From an uncultured Planctomycetota bacterium (GTDB lineage: Bacteria > Planctomycetota > Phycisphaerae > Tepidisphaerales > Tepidisphaeraceae), in contig CAWJEN010000006.1 in NCBI GenBank assembly GCA_963841915.1, positions 960,001-1,024,000 on the forward strand: a stretch of DNA of 64,000 nt, in the 5' to 3' direction. This document shows, one piece after another, positions 27,827-38,301 of this stretch. Below the pieces are notes generated by a model. That model had not been told where the DNA came from and searched no databases. It saw only the letters and a list, made by a program, of their open reading frames with translations. Within the stretch, counting starts at the first letter, position 1. Each line of letters begins with the position of its first letter. Position numbers and translations under genes: made by a program.

Positions 27827-30013
27827 TTAGCGTTGGCCTTCCGTCTCACGCTCCGGAACATACTTCCAGATGCCGTAGCAGCTCGTCGGCGTCCAGACAT
27901 GGCCGGTGTGCGGGTCGATTTCGACGTACATCGCCTCGCGTCCGCCGTCGCGGACGGTGCCGTCGAGCGGCTCGTTCCGCGTGAGCACCTCCCACGACTC
28001 GCCTCCGTTCGTCGAGCGGATCAAAGCGACGTCGGTCGCCTCGATGTTGAGGTGCTGCGTGACGTAGAGCGTCTGCGGGTTCTTGGGATCCACCGCAATG
28101 CCCGTCACGCGGCGGCGGTTGGTCGACGAGGCGGGCACCTCTATGTCGCGTGCCCCGGCTTTGCTATTTACGTCGACCGCCAGCAGCGCCTTGATGTTTG
28201 CGACATAGATGGTCGAGCCATCAGGCGTGACGTCGAGACCTAGAACCGGCCCCTCCACCTCGGCCAGCTCAAGCCACGTTTTGCCGTAATCATCGCTGCG
28301 GACCAAAACGGCTCTGTCACTTGCGATATGGTTCGTGCCGTAGATCCGGCCTTCGGCGTCGGCCGTGAAAACGTCGGTGACGCCCTTCATCGGCTCCCAC
28401 GTTTCGCCAGCATCAGTAGTGCGGTAGCGGGCGACATAGGCGACATTCGCGTCGCGTGGGTCTATGAGGCCTTGACTCGCGCCGAAGCCCTCGTCGCCGC
28501 GGTTCTTGGCCCAGGTGACGCCGTTGACGTCGTTCCACGTCTTGCCGCCGTCGCGAGTCATGCGGAGCTGGCGGTCGCCGGTCCAGCTTGGGGCGAGGCC
28601 GACGACGTAAACGTCGGGATTGATGGCGATGCCGCCGTAGGTGAAGCCGCCCCAGCTCTTGCCGCTGGCGTTGGTGTAGGTCCAAGTGTGGCCGCCATCG
28701 TGCGTGACAGCGCCGTTGTAGTCCTGGCTGCCGACGAAGATCAGCTCCGGGTGGTGCGGGTTGAAGGCCAAGCCGCCGCCGACGAGGACGGCGTTCTGGC
28801 CCTCGCTGGCCCACTTGAAGCTCTCGCCGCCGTCGGTGCTGTGGGTGACCCAGTCGCCGCCATAGCTCCAGATCTTGTTCTCGTCCGTCGGGTGCCAGAC
28901 AAATTGGTACTGTCGGGCGTTCTGCGGAAGGAAGGCAAGCTCCTTGCTGGTCGTGGCCGTCTTCCACGTCTTGCCGCCGTCGTGCGAGACGTGCTTGTGC
29001 CACTGCCAGTCGTCGGCAAGAGACCGCATCGCCAGCCGGCCAGGGGCCGCCGGACTGGCGGTCAGGCCGTCGAACTTTACGTTCTTCCGCTTTCCTGAAG
29101 CTGTCTTGCCGTTTGTAAAAGTCAGGGGCTCATCAAGGCCGCTCGTCTCCATCTTGCTCCATGTCTCGCCGGCGTCGGTCGAAGTTTCGATAGCGTTAGG
29201 TCGGGTTGCCCACACCCGGTCTGGCTCGTGCTTGGTGGTCTCGACGCTCGTGAATTCGCCATCGGCGAACTCGCGGAATGACTCGCCGCCGTCGTCGCTG
29301 AGGAACAGGCCGTTCTCGTTCGAGGCATAGAGCCGGCCGCTCGTCGGGTGGACGGCCAGGTGGCTGTGGCCGGCGACGTCGGAGTCGCTGCCGAGCCGCT
29401 CCCATTTCCTGCCGCCGTCGTCGCTGCGGTAGAGGCCGGGTTTGCTCTCGGGCGGCGTGCCATACTGGTTGTTGCCGTCCTTCGTTCGCGACCAGTAGAC
29501 GCGGCGGGTCAGGTCTGCTTCTTGATCATAAGTCGACGGATCGAAGACGACCGACTCACGGCGATCTCGCATGCCGCACATGTTCGCCGGCTCGACGATC
29601 TCCCAAGACGCGGCCGCGTCCTCACTGAGGTAGAGGCCGTGGATGTCGCGGGCCATCGAGTTCGAGGCGACAGCAATGGCACGCTTCGGATTGTGCGGGT
29701 CAATGGCGACGTCACGTGCACCACGTGGCGTGAAGCCGACGTTTGCCGGCTCCCACGTCTGGCCTTGATCGGTGCTGCGATACAGGCCGCCGACGTCGGT
29801 GGCGAAGATCATCAGGCTGCCGTCAGTCTCGTCAATTGCGATGTCGCCCGGCCATTGCGCACCTTCGCCGCCGATGCGTACGCCCGCCTCGCGGTGTTCT
29901 GCAGAGACCCACGGCACCGGCTGCCACGGCCCCGGCAGCGGCTCGGCGGCGACGAAGGAGACACCGATTAGCATTGAGGCGACGCTGGACAATGAGTGCA
30001 GAACTGAAGGCAT
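27827..30013 (-). CDS. Secreted BNR/Asp-box beta-propeller protein (GH74/sialidase-like fold)
   Basis: Signal peptide; many SxDxGxTW Asp-boxes. Confidence 0.85.
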   Translation of the reverse strand: MPSVLHSLSSVASMLIGVSFVAAEPLPGPWQPVPWVSAEHREAGVRIGGEGAQWPGDIAIDETDGSLMIFATDVGGLYRSTDQGQTWEPANVGFTPRGARDVAIDPHNPKRAIAVASNSMARDIHGLYLSEDAAASWEIVEPANMCGMRDRRESVVFDPSTYDQEADLTRRVYWSRTKDGNNQYGTPPESKPGLYRSDDGGRKWERLGSDSDVAGHSHLAVHPTSGRLYASNENGLFLSDDGGESFREFADGEFTSVETTKHEPDRVWATRPNAIETSTDAGETWSKMETSGLDEPLTFTNGKTASGKRKNVKFDGLTASPAAPGRLAMRSLADDWQWHKHVSHDGGKTWKTATTSKELAFLPQNARQYQFVWHPTDENKIWSYGGDWVTHSTDGGESFKWASEGQNAVLVGGGLAFNPHHPELIFVGSQDYNGAVTHDGGHTWTYTNASGKSWGGFTYGGIAINPDVYVVGLAPSWTGDRQLRMTRDGGKTWNDVNGVTWAKNRGDEGFGASQGLIDPRDANVAYVARYRTTDAGETWEPMKGVTDVFTADAEGRIYGTNHIASDRAVLVRSDDYGKTWLELAEVEGPVLGLDVTPDGSTIYVANIKALLAVDVNSKAGARDIEVPASSTNRRRVTGIAVDPKNPQTLYVTQHLNIEATDVALIRSTNGGESWEVLTRNEPLDGTVRDGGREAMYVEIDPHTGHVWTPTSCYGIWKYVPERETEGQR

Positions 30014-30121
30014 AGTAAGATGGAAGGTATTCAATGTGCTGAACGGGGTACGCCGTCGTCGCCGAAGCGATGAACGGCGGGTGCGTGATTAGGAGACAAT
30101 GACAACAGTGGGTGCCGCCGC

Positions 30122-31027
30122 CTACTGCTTCATGACCGTGAACTGGCGCAACTTGACTTCCCTGAAGTTCTGCGACTCGGCATGGCCGTCGAGAAAGACG
30201 AGATTCAGGCGATCGTTGTCGCCGTGGCGACGACGGGGAGCGCGAAATGGGTAGTCTGACGCGTTAGGTCCTGCAAAAGACACGTCACTTTCTGCGGTAT
30301 CGATCGCCACCTCAAGCGTCGCTGGCGAGTTGCCCTCCCAATAAGCTAGATTCAAGCTCCGCCAAAAGTTTCCGTATTCAGCAAAAGCATTTGTGTCGAC
30401 CCGCGTCCAAGTGATCTTATCGCTCACAAATGCTGCATTGCCCTGCGTCGGATTCGCATTTGTAGCCAGGTTCTGAGTGCCGTCCCAGTAAGTCGCGACC
30501 TCCGTGCTGTTTTTGATGGGAGCGAGCTTATACGGCTTGGGAGGCTTGGTTCCCGATGGGAAAACCGGATCCATGGGGTTGATTCCAAAGCGCATATTTG
30601 GAATTAACACCGGGTGAGAGGAGTAGTGGTTGCGTGTGTTGGCCTTGGCGGCCGAATCAGCACTGGGACAGAAGAAAGCTTCGGTTGTTTCCTCACCCGC
30701 GCCGTAGCCCGTGCCGAGGTCGTTGACTGCGAGCACATCGCTGAGCAGAAGCGGCCAGTCCGTAACGGAATTTTCACCGATCGGAAGCGACCCGCTGTTG
30801 TCTTCGGTGTACAAGACATTGGCCACGCCAATCTGCCGAAGGTTCGACAGGCACGCCACACTCGCCGCCGAGCGACGTGCTGAACTCAGCGTCGGCAGCA
30901 GAATCGAGATGAGCAGCGCGATGATGCCGATAACGACAAGCAGCTCGACCAGCGTAAAACCAAGTCGCAACCGTCGAACGCCGGAAGATTCAAAGGAGTC
31001 GAGGGAACGAGTAAGCGGGTGTGGCAT
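30122..31027 (-). CDS. Prepilin-type protein with H-X9-DG C-terminal motif (DUF1559-like)
   Basis: [48 protein letters not shown]. Confidence 0.93.
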   Translation of the reverse strand: MPHPLTRSLDSFESSGVRRLRLGFTLVELLVVIGIIALLISILLPTLSSARRSAASVACLSNLRQIGVANVLYTEDNSGSLPIGENSVTDWPLLLSDVLAVNDLGTGYGAGEETTEAFFCPSADSAAKANTRNHYSSHPVLIPNMRFGINPMDPVFPSGTKPPKPYKLAPIKNSTEVATYWDGTQNLATNANPTQGNAAFVSDKITWTRVDTNAFAEYGNFWRSLNLAYWEGNSPATLEVAIDTAESDVSFAGPNASDYPFRAPRRRHGDNDRLNLVFLDGHAESQNFREVKLRQFTVMKQ

Positions 31028-31124
31028 GGTGTCCTCCAAGCGGTAATGTTTGGCCAACGGTCGAGTGGGATGATGAGGTTCTCACGGCCTCTCGTGGGCC
31101 AGTAGAGCGGTCGTGATGCAGGTG

Positions 31125-33947
31125 CTAGCGAACGGCTCCGAAGTTGCCACGCAGGATGGCGAAATCGAGCAGGTTGACGACGTCGTCATCGTTGAAATCG
31201 CCGAGGGCAAAGCCATCTGTGACCGTCCTGCCGAAGTTGGCGCGGAGCAAGGCGAAGTCGAGCAGGTCGACGCGGCCGTCGCCGTTGGCGTCGCCGGGCA
31301 GAACCGCCAGGTCGCCTGGCAAGAGAAGTTTTAAGGCATCGAGCTGAGTCGGGGCTTCTCGCACCTTGACTTCAACAACGTGCCGCCCCGCCGAAAGATC
31401 GACGACGTAGTCGCTCGTCGCATTTCGATCGCGAACGACGCCCCATGACCATGAGGCCGCCGACTCCGGCACGTCCCAAAGCTGCCATGGGCCTCGGTTG
31501 ATCCGCACGTAAAAGCTGTCGCCGAGTTCGCCCTCGGGCGTGCGGACGCGGCCGCTTAGCCTGACATCGTTCGCCGGCTCGTCGAGCGTGAACGTAAACG
31601 ACAGCGTCGCCGCATCTGCGTTGCCATAGTTGTTGCCGGCCGTCGCGACGACATAGCGACCGCCTTCGGCTGTCGCGTCATCGACTGCCGCGAATCCGTC
31701 GTCGCCGAGCCCGCCGAGCGTCATGTGCTCGGCTTGAATGTCGAATGAGTCGAGGCCAATCTCGGCCGCGAAGAAGCCACGTCCGCCGGTGCCGGCGATG
31801 AGTCGCGAGCCGTCCGGCGAAAATGTCAGACTGTTGATCCGCAGCATCGGCAGGTTGTCAATCTGCTGCGACCAAGTCGCCCCACCATCCTCGCTCAGCC
31901 AGACGCCGTTGGCACCGCTGACGTCAAGATACGAGTCTTGATTCGTGCCGACGGCAAGCCGCTGCGGGTTCGTCGGATCAACGGCCACCATTGCCGCGTA
32001 CCGCTCTGCCTGATTCGGGAGCGACAGACGCATCCAGCCGCTGCCGAATCGCTCATGTCGCCAGACGCCTGGGTCGCCGAAGATGTCGTTGCTGGCGGCA
32101 TAGATGACGTTCGCGTTCGACGGGTCGACCGTCAGCCGAACCCGCTGCGTCGGCCCGCCGAGGAACTCAACCGAATTGCCGCCGTTGTTGGTGAAGTAAG
32201 TGCCGGCGTCGGTAGTGACGTAGAAGTCGTTCTGAAATGTCAGCACCGGCGCGATGCGTTGGACCTGCTTGCCGTCGACGTTGAGCTGCTGCCAGGAGAC
32301 GCTGCCTGCCGACGTCAACGCGTTCGTGCTGCGGTAGAGGTTGCTACCGACCGCGGCCCAGACCTCGTTGGCGTTGTCCTTGTTGACGTGGACGCTCCAT
32401 GCGCGGGCCGAGACGCTGCTGGGCGACTTGAGCACCTGCCACGTGTTACCGCCGTCGGTGCTGCGGGCGATTTGGTTGCTCGTGTTGCCTTGGCCGAGCG
32501 CGGCGAACATCGTGCCGTCGGCGGCAAATGCGACGTCGTTGCCGCCGTTGAACCTCGGCAGGCCCGGCTGCGTCATTTCATAGCTCCACCCTCCGTCGTT
32601 GCTCACCGTTGCCAGCAACCGGTCCCAGCCCTGAACGACGAGCTTGTTGTCGTTGAATGGGCTAAACTCGGCATTGTTGGCGACCCAGCCGGTGTAGCCG
32701 CTGGCGCGGTGACCATTGCCGGTCGGCGTGTTGAGCGCATCGTTCCACGTGTCGCCGCCGTCGCGGGTGACGAAGACGCTCGTCGTCGTGCCGAGGTAGA
32801 CGGTGTCACTGTCGTGCGGACTAATTTCTGCCCACCAGCCGTTAACGATGCCGGAATCGAACGGCGTCGAGTCGACGAGCTTGCTCACGACGTTCGACTG
32901 CGTCAGCACGTGCTGCCACGTCAGGCCCGCATCGGTGCTGCGGTAGGCGCCCATGCCGCCGGACCAATTGTTGTCGACGGCCCAGAGCGTGTTGCCGTCG
33001 GCACTTTGAGCGATGTGCTTGAAATCAGGCGGCCAGTAGCCGCTGGGGTCGCCGTCTTCAACCTTCGTCCAGTTGAGCCCGCCGTCGGTCGTGCGGAAGA
33101 CGCCGCCGACGTGCTGGCGGTTGGATACGTTGCCCTGGGCGGTGCCGACGACGGCGTGGAGGAAGTTTGGGTTCGTCGGGTGGGCGACCAAGCCCCACAC
33201 GGCCACGCCGTTGCCGAGCGTCGGCAGGCCGTTGCTGCGCTTCTGCCAGGTGCCGTTTTCGCCGTCGTTGCTGCTTCGCCAGACGCCCGACTCGGCGACG
33301 GCGACCCACACGGTCTCATGCGAGCCTGCACCGAATGCCGCAGCCATGATGTTGTTCTTCGACCCGCTGACGCCTGTCGGAACCTGGCTGATCTGCGACC
33401 AGGTTTCGCCGCCGTCGCGGCTGCGCCAGATCTTGCCGTAGTTTGGCACCTGATCGGCGTTGGTGCCGTCCTTGAAACGCCGATGGTCGCCACCGAAGGC
33501 GAGCAGCGTGGTATGCGTCGGGTCGCCCGCGTCGAAGAGGACGGTTTCGACCGAGGCGGGGTAGCCGTAGCCGGTGGCAGGAGGAAGGCCGCTGCGCTTG
33601 GCCGTCCAATTCGCCCCGCCGTCGGTCGATTGGTGCGGCCCGCTGTTCGTGCCGGCCCAAACAATATTCGGATCCGTCGGGTGCCAAGTGAAGTCCGAAT
33701 GCTCCCAAGACTGCCAACCCGTTGTCGGGAGCCACGACTGGCCGGCGTCGACGCTGACACCGGTGCCGAGGATGTCGCCGGCCAGCAGAACGCGATCCGG
33801 GTCGTGCGGGCTGACGGTCACAGCGTCGATCCGCCCGCCGCTGCCCGGCTCGCCCAGCGGCTGCCACTGCAGATCGGCAGCGAGCAGCCGACGTGCCTCG
33901 AGCCCTTCAAGCCGCGCACCGCAAAGATGTGGGTTCATATTGGTCAT
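31125..33947 (-). CDS. LEPR-XLL extracellular protein: Asp-box beta-propeller, CBM-like domain, dockerin-like C-terminus
   Basis: RLEGLEARRLLA; repeated SxDGGxTW; GDANGDGRVDLLDFALL...GDFNDDDVVNLLDF. Confidence 0.88.
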   Translation of the reverse strand: MTNMNPHLCGARLEGLEARRLLAADLQWQPLGEPGSGGRIDAVTVSPHDPDRVLLAGDILGTGVSVDAGQSWLPTTGWQSWEHSDFTWHPTDPNIVWAGTNSGPHQSTDGGANWTAKRSGLPPATGYGYPASVETVLFDAGDPTHTTLLAFGGDHRRFKDGTNADQVPNYGKIWRSRDGGETWSQISQVPTGVSGSKNNIMAAAFGAGSHETVWVAVAESGVWRSSNDGENGTWQKRSNGLPTLGNGVAVWGLVAHPTNPNFLHAVVGTAQGNVSNRQHVGGVFRTTDGGLNWTKVEDGDPSGYWPPDFKHIAQSADGNTLWAVDNNWSGGMGAYRSTDAGLTWQHVLTQSNVVSKLVDSTPFDSGIVNGWWAEISPHDSDTVYLGTTTSVFVTRDGGDTWNDALNTPTGNGHRASGYTGWVANNAEFSPFNDNKLVVQGWDRLLATVSNDGGWSYEMTQPGLPRFNGGNDVAFAADGTMFAALGQGNTSNQIARSTDGGNTWQVLKSPSSVSARAWSVHVNKDNANEVWAAVGSNLYRSTNALTSAGSVSWQQLNVDGKQVQRIAPVLTFQNDFYVTTDAGTYFTNNGGNSVEFLGGPTQRVRLTVDPSNANVIYAASNDIFGDPGVWRHERFGSGWMRLSLPNQAERYAAMVAVDPTNPQRLAVGTNQDSYLDVSGANGVWLSEDGGATWSQQIDNLPMLRINSLTFSPDGSRLIAGTGGRGFFAAEIGLDSFDIQAEHMTLGGLGDDGFAAVDDATAEGGRYVVATAGNNYGNADAATLSFTFTLDEPANDVRLSGRVRTPEGELGDSFYVRINRGPWQLWDVPESAASWSWGVVRDRNATSDYVVDLSAGRHVVEVKVREAPTQLDALKLLLPGDLAVLPGDANGDGRVDLLDFALLRANFGRTVTDGFALGDFNDDDVVNLLDFAILRGNFGAVR

Positions 33948-33973
33948 AGCTCCTTCAGCCTGCGACCGCGTCG

Positions 33974-34705
33974 CTACCTTGACTCGCCTGAATCGCTCGA
34001 GATGAGCAGGTTGTCGAATGCAACCTCGAGCGTGTTGAACGCCGGGTTGACGCGCAACCCAAACTGATTGCCGTCCGGTACATCGCCGCGTCCGACGGTC
34101 GCGACGAGTGGCTCGAAAGCCGGCTCGCCGTCCTGCACCAGGCGAACGCCGATCTCCAGCCCGTCGTCGATCGGCGTGCCGACCATCTCGAGCCGGAAGT
34201 CGGGCGAGCCGTCGGTCAGGTCGAACTCGTCGCTGGCCGCCAGTTCCTCGACGGCCTCGCCGTCGCCGCGGGTGAGCACGAGGCGGAAGCGTCGGCCGCT
34301 CGTGTCAATTTCCTGGACGTAAGCGAAAAGGCCGGCGAGCTTCTGCTCGAAGTTGTCGGGCCGCTGTGCGTGGGCGAAGAGGCCGATCTTGGACTGCGTG
34401 TAGTTGATCTGCTCGACATCGACATCAACGGCGAGCCGGAACCCGTCGCCGGAGTTGCCGAGCGTGCGGTAGGCGACGCCGACATCGCCGAAGCGAGAGT
34501 TGTCGTAGAAGGCGAGCGTGCCCTCGTGAAGGGTCAGGCCCGGCTCGGTGCCGAAGGTCTTGCCGACTTCGGTCGCTTGATCGCCGAAGTCGTTGAACGT
34601 GATCTGCAGGTCGGCCGGCTCGGCGTCAAAGGATTCGACCTCGCCGAACACCGGCGCTGCGACAAGCAGAGCGGCTGCAAAGATGATGGCGTTACGAGTA
34701 TTCAT
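33974..34705 (-). CDS. Secreted hypothetical protein, beta-sandwich (lectin/LamG-like)
   Basis: Signal peptide MNTRNAIIFAAALLVAAPVFG; beta-rich; ends VAFDNL. Confidence 0.7.
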   Translation of the reverse strand: MNTRNAIIFAAALLVAAPVFGEVESFDAEPADLQITFNDFGDQATEVGKTFGTEPGLTLHEGTLAFYDNSRFGDVGVAYRTLGNSGDGFRLAVDVDVEQINYTQSKIGLFAHAQRPDNFEQKLAGLFAYVQEIDTSGRRFRLVLTRGDGEAVEELAASDEFDLTDGSPDFRLEMVGTPIDDGLEIGVRLVQDGEPAFEPLVATVGRGDVPDGNQFGLRVNPAFNTLEVAFDNLLISSDSGESR

Positions 34706-34766
34706 GGCGAGATCCGGCAAAAGTCGCCTCCGACCGTTTCCGGCCGGCGGCGAGGGTGAGGAGGAA

Positions 34767-35482
34767 CTAGCGACGGCGACGCAGGCCGACCAGCCCAAGC
34801 AAGCCCAGCGCGGCGGCCGAGGCTGGCTCGGGGATGGCCACGGAGGTGATGCTGAAGGCGTCGAAGGCGATTTGGTCTGCGTTCGTCGGGTTCGAACCGA
34901 TCCGCGCGAAGACCAACAAGTCTTCGCCGACGAGCCCAGCGTTGTTGCCGGCAATCGTGTTGAACGTCAGCGTGCGGTCGACGAACGTGCCTTGTGCCGC
35001 CGTAATGACTGCACCGATATCCGTCTGATTCTCCGCAACGACGATCGGGTCGCCGAAGATGTTGCCGTCCATGTCATCATCGATGACAAGGCCGTAGCTG
35101 TAGGTGTCTGGAAGTCCCAGGTCACTGCGCTTTCCGACCTTCAGCGTAAGGACGTACGTGGTGTCTGCCTCGACAGAACCAAGGTTCTGATAGACGCCGA
35201 TGCCGTTGACGGTATCGGCAGCAAGTCCGCGGTCGTCGAGGATCAGGTACTGGTCCCCGTCGCCGTTGGCGATGGCGGTTCCACCGGTCGCCGTGTTGAA
35301 CGAGACTCGCGAGCGATCGCGGTTGCCGAACTTGGTAAAGTCGGGGACCGGAGGTGGTGCTGCCGGAGGTAATCTGCGGGCGTCTGGAAGCTGCCGTTGT
35401 CGACCTGCATGACGGCGGCCGGGGCGGCGGAGATGAGTGCGAGCGACGCGGCGGCCGCGAGGGTGGTGGTTGCGATCTTCAT
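34767..35482 (-). pseudogene. PEP-CTERM protein, frameshifted near 35345-35385
   Basis: N-part MKIATTTLAAAASLALISAAPAAVMQVDNGSFQ; another frame continues VPDFTKFG...IPEPASAAALGLLGLVGLRRRR; total 716 nt, not a multiple of 3. Confidence 0.8.
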
Positions 35483-35559
35483 GGGGTTCCTCCTGGAGGT
35501 TCTTCGGAAACAGGTGACGGCGGCCGCATCACAGGCGACGACCGATGCGTCTTGGTCGG

Positions 35560-36867
35560 CTACTCAGCCGGCGGCGCGACGCTGGCGCCAGGTTGATCTT
35601 CAAACGGCACGCACACGCGGCCGATCCGTTCGGGGTTGGCCCCTTCGGCCAGAGCACGGCCGATCTCGGCGATCCGCCGGCCCATCGCCTTGAGCGGCAG
35701 GCGGATGAGCGACAGTTCCTCCACGCCGAGCCATCGCGTGGCGGACGGGTGCGGATCGAAAGCGATAACCGACAGGTCGCCGGGGATGCTCAGGCCGACG
35801 CGTCGTGCGGCCTCGCCTATGGCCCAGATGCCGACGTAGCTGCCGGCGATAACGGCCGTCGGCTGACGTCGACGTAGCCAACGCTCCGTGCGATCCACGG
35901 CCTTTGCCATCGGCGCGTCGGGCGAGGCGTCGACTGCAAAATCCGGCAGAGCCTCGCGATGGCTCACATACACATTCCTGTGCCCCGGATGGTCCGAACG
36001 GCCGACCCAGCACACGCCCGGCTCGTCCACATCGAGGCCCGCGTCGGCCAGCGTGAGCTCAAAGCCCTCCTGCCGCTCGAACACCCAGGGGGCCGGCCAC
36101 CTGTTGATGACCATCCCGATCCGCTCGTGTCCGGCCTCGATGAGCCGTCGCGTCGCACGCTTGGCAGCGTCGAGATTATCTTCAACAACTGACGGCAAGC
36201 CGAGGTACTGGTGGGCCGTGCCCATCACCAGGCCTGGGATCTCAAGACGCACCGCGTCGCGCAGCAACAGCGCGTCGCGCGGCTTGGCGGCGAGGCTGAC
36301 GAGCACGTCCGGGCGATCCCGCTCAAGTCGCCGAACGATCGCGTTCGTGTCGCTCTCGATCGCGCCGAACAACTCCACATTCACGCCTGACTGCCCCGCC
36401 GCTTCGTCGATACCCGCCAGCACTTGGGGCGTAATCCAATCGCTGCTCAGCTTGGCGATGTCGAAGAGCACGACGCCGAGGCGGAGCGTGTTGAGCCGTT
36501 CCGACGCGTCGTGGCCGCCGGCGTTTGAGGGCTGACCCTTTTCACCAGGCGAGTGCGTGGAGCGTTGGACCGCGAGCCGCGGCCCCCCGAAGGTTCCACG
36601 ACCCGGTGTGCGGCTGACCCAGCCGTCGCGCTGAAGACCATCTAAAGCCCGCCGAACGGTCGAGCGGCTCAGCCCGGTCCGCTCGACGATCTGCGCGTCG
36701 GTCAGAAGCGGAGCACCCGGACCGAATCGGCGATGGCGCAGGTAGGTCACCATCCGGTCGCGAAGCACGTCCATGGCACCACGCGCCGGGAAGGGCTGAG
36801 CGAGCAGATCGCCCCCACCATCTCCGCCCGCCGCGACAGTCGTCTCGCTCGAACTGTTGTGAGCCAT
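35560..36867 (-). CDS. GntR-HTH / LacI-type sugar-binding transcriptional regulator
   Basis: GLSRSTVRRALDGLQRDGWVSRTPGRGTF; ERQEGF; IPGDLSVIAFD. Confidence 0.9.
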   Translation of the reverse strand: MAHNSSSETTVAAGGDGGGDLLAQPFPARGAMDVLRDRMVTYLRHRRFGPGAPLLTDAQIVERTGLSRSTVRRALDGLQRDGWVSRTPGRGTFGGPRLAVQRSTHSPGEKGQPSNAGGHDASERLNTLRLGVVLFDIAKLSSDWITPQVLAGIDEAAGQSGVNVELFGAIESDTNAIVRRLERDRPDVLVSLAAKPRDALLLRDAVRLEIPGLVMGTAHQYLGLPSVVEDNLDAAKRATRRLIEAGHERIGMVINRWPAPWVFERQEGFELTLADAGLDVDEPGVCWVGRSDHPGHRNVYVSHREALPDFAVDASPDAPMAKAVDRTERWLRRRQPTAVIAGSYVGIWAIGEAARRVGLSIPGDLSVIAFDPHPSATRWLGVEELSLIRLPLKAMGRRIAEIGRALAEGANPERIGRVCVPFEDQPGASVAPPAE

Positions 36868-37012
36868 TTTCACGATTTGAGCAGTATGTCTCGTCTATCG
36901 TCTCATGTCAAGAGGACTCTTCTCGGGTAATGGCCCGACATCGCTCCTCCTGAATGGGAGAACCCTGCTGGCACGGTCGGGCCGAGCAGACTGGATGTAT
37001 TGTGAGCCATTT
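36857..37012. promoter_or_regulatory. Two copies of ttgtgagccattt (candidate operator)
   Basis: Exact 13-bp direct repeat at 36857-36869 and 37000-37012. Confidence 0.45.
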
Positions 37013-37194
37013 GAGGCATAGCGACAAGTGTGACGAATGATCAGCGGCGACGTCGCGTCTTCCAGCACTTCGCGCTCGACCGTTCCTTCAATCGTTTGAG
37101 CTACGGTTTTTCACGAATGTCGCAGCCTCTTCTCCTTCCGATAAGTCCTCGACCTCCTCGCATCGGGTTGCGCTCATACCCAATCCCGGGCGCG

Positions 37195-37285
37195 ACCCCA
37201 GCCGCCGCGCCTCGGCCACGCGCAGCATCCCCCACTCCCGCACGGCGGCGAGCAGATCGGGGGGAGCGGGCGTGGCGGACGCCAT
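37195..37285 (-). pseudogene. Possible remnant of a type IV TA (AbiEi-like) antitoxin N-terminus
   Basis: DLLAAVREWGMLRVAEARRLG resembles an AbiEi N-terminal HTH; short. Confidence 0.3.
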
Positions 37286-37539
37286 GTTTAGTCGCTAAGG
37301 CTGGCGAGCGACACATATGCACAGCGGAAGATGTCCGATGCGGCGTGGCGACGATCAGCCGCGCCGCACGAACTGAGGTGACTAACGAGGCTCGGTGCAG
37401 TTGCAGGACAGTGCCGGCCATCGACCACCCGACGTCGCCGCCGTCGGTCGCGTAGCGGTCGAGAATTGCCGAGAGACGGTTATAAACCGGCGGATGCGCC
37501 TCGCCGATGCCTAAGCCGTGATGAACCTTGAAGTGCAGC

Positions 37540-37806
37540 GTGCTCGCCGCCGCCGCCGAGGACTACCTGCGCGAACTCAACCCGGACGCGAGCTTCGGAG
37601 CCTTCGGCCAGGATTACAACCTCGAGAGCTACGCCCTCTGCGGCTCCGACATGCTCATTAAAGGACACGACGTCTCCCACATCGCCTTCGGCGACGGCTC
37701 CACCGGCAACGCCTTCCCCGGCAGACGCTTCGACTACATGCTCGCCAACCCGCCGATCGGCGTGAAGTGGGAGGCACAGAAAGACACGGTGCAAAAGTAA
37801 CATGCC
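37540..37806 (+). pseudogene. hsdM: Type I R-M methyltransferase (HsdM) internal fragment
   Basis: YLRELNPDA..FGQDYN.ESYALCGSDMLIKG..FDYMLANPP.GVKW. Confidence 0.85.
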
Positions 37807-38301
37807 ACCGACGCCATCGCCGACGTGGTGCGTCAGATCCCCGGCGCGAGCGACGTGAAGGTCGAGCAGACCGAGGGGTTGCCCGTGCTCGACGTGCAGA
37901 TCGTTCGCGCCGCGATCAGCCGGCTCGGGCTGAACGTGGCGGAGGTGCAGGACCTCGTCGCCGCCGCGGTCGGCGGACGCGAGGCGGGCGTGATCTTCCA
38001 GGGCGATCGCCGGTTCGACCTGATCGTCCGACTGCCCGAGACGATGCGCGGCGACGTCATGGCGCTGGCAAGCCTGCCGGTCCCACTGCCCGATGCGAGA
38101 ATCGGCTCGGCCGAGTTCGCGAGCATCGGCGTTCCCCCGACGGCCCCGGCTTTCGTGCCGCTGGCCGACATCGCCACGCTCGACACGACCGTGGGCATCA
38201 ACCAGGTCAGCCGCGAGAATGGCAAACGCCGCATCGTCGTCCAGGCCAACGTCCGCGGCCGCGACATCGGCTCGTTCGTCGATGAGGCCGAAAGCGCCGT
38301 G
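37807..38301 (+). pseudogene. CusA/CzcA heavy-metal RND efflux internal fragment
   Basis: GASDVKVEQTEGLP, GDRRFDLIVRLPE, NQVSRENGKRRIVVQANVRGRDIGSFV. Confidence 0.9.

Noticed and set aside
30122..31027. Diversity-generating retroelement target
   Set aside because: No reverse transcriptase and no template/variable repeat pair seen in the window
31938..34067. Long antisense ORFs (709 aa here; also 11799-13343, 42728-44119, 37480-39120, 59218-60531)
   Set aside because: Shadow ORFs of high-GC genes on the opposite strand; no motifs
37261..37299. GGGG...CGCTAAG as the left Tn3 inverted repeat
   Set aside because: Middle does not match the 39978-40015 repeat, no matching target duplication, and it overlaps a likely gene remnant
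37528..37800. Functional type I restriction-modification or Abi defence system
   Set aside because: Only short internal fragments; no hsdR, hsdS or toxin gene
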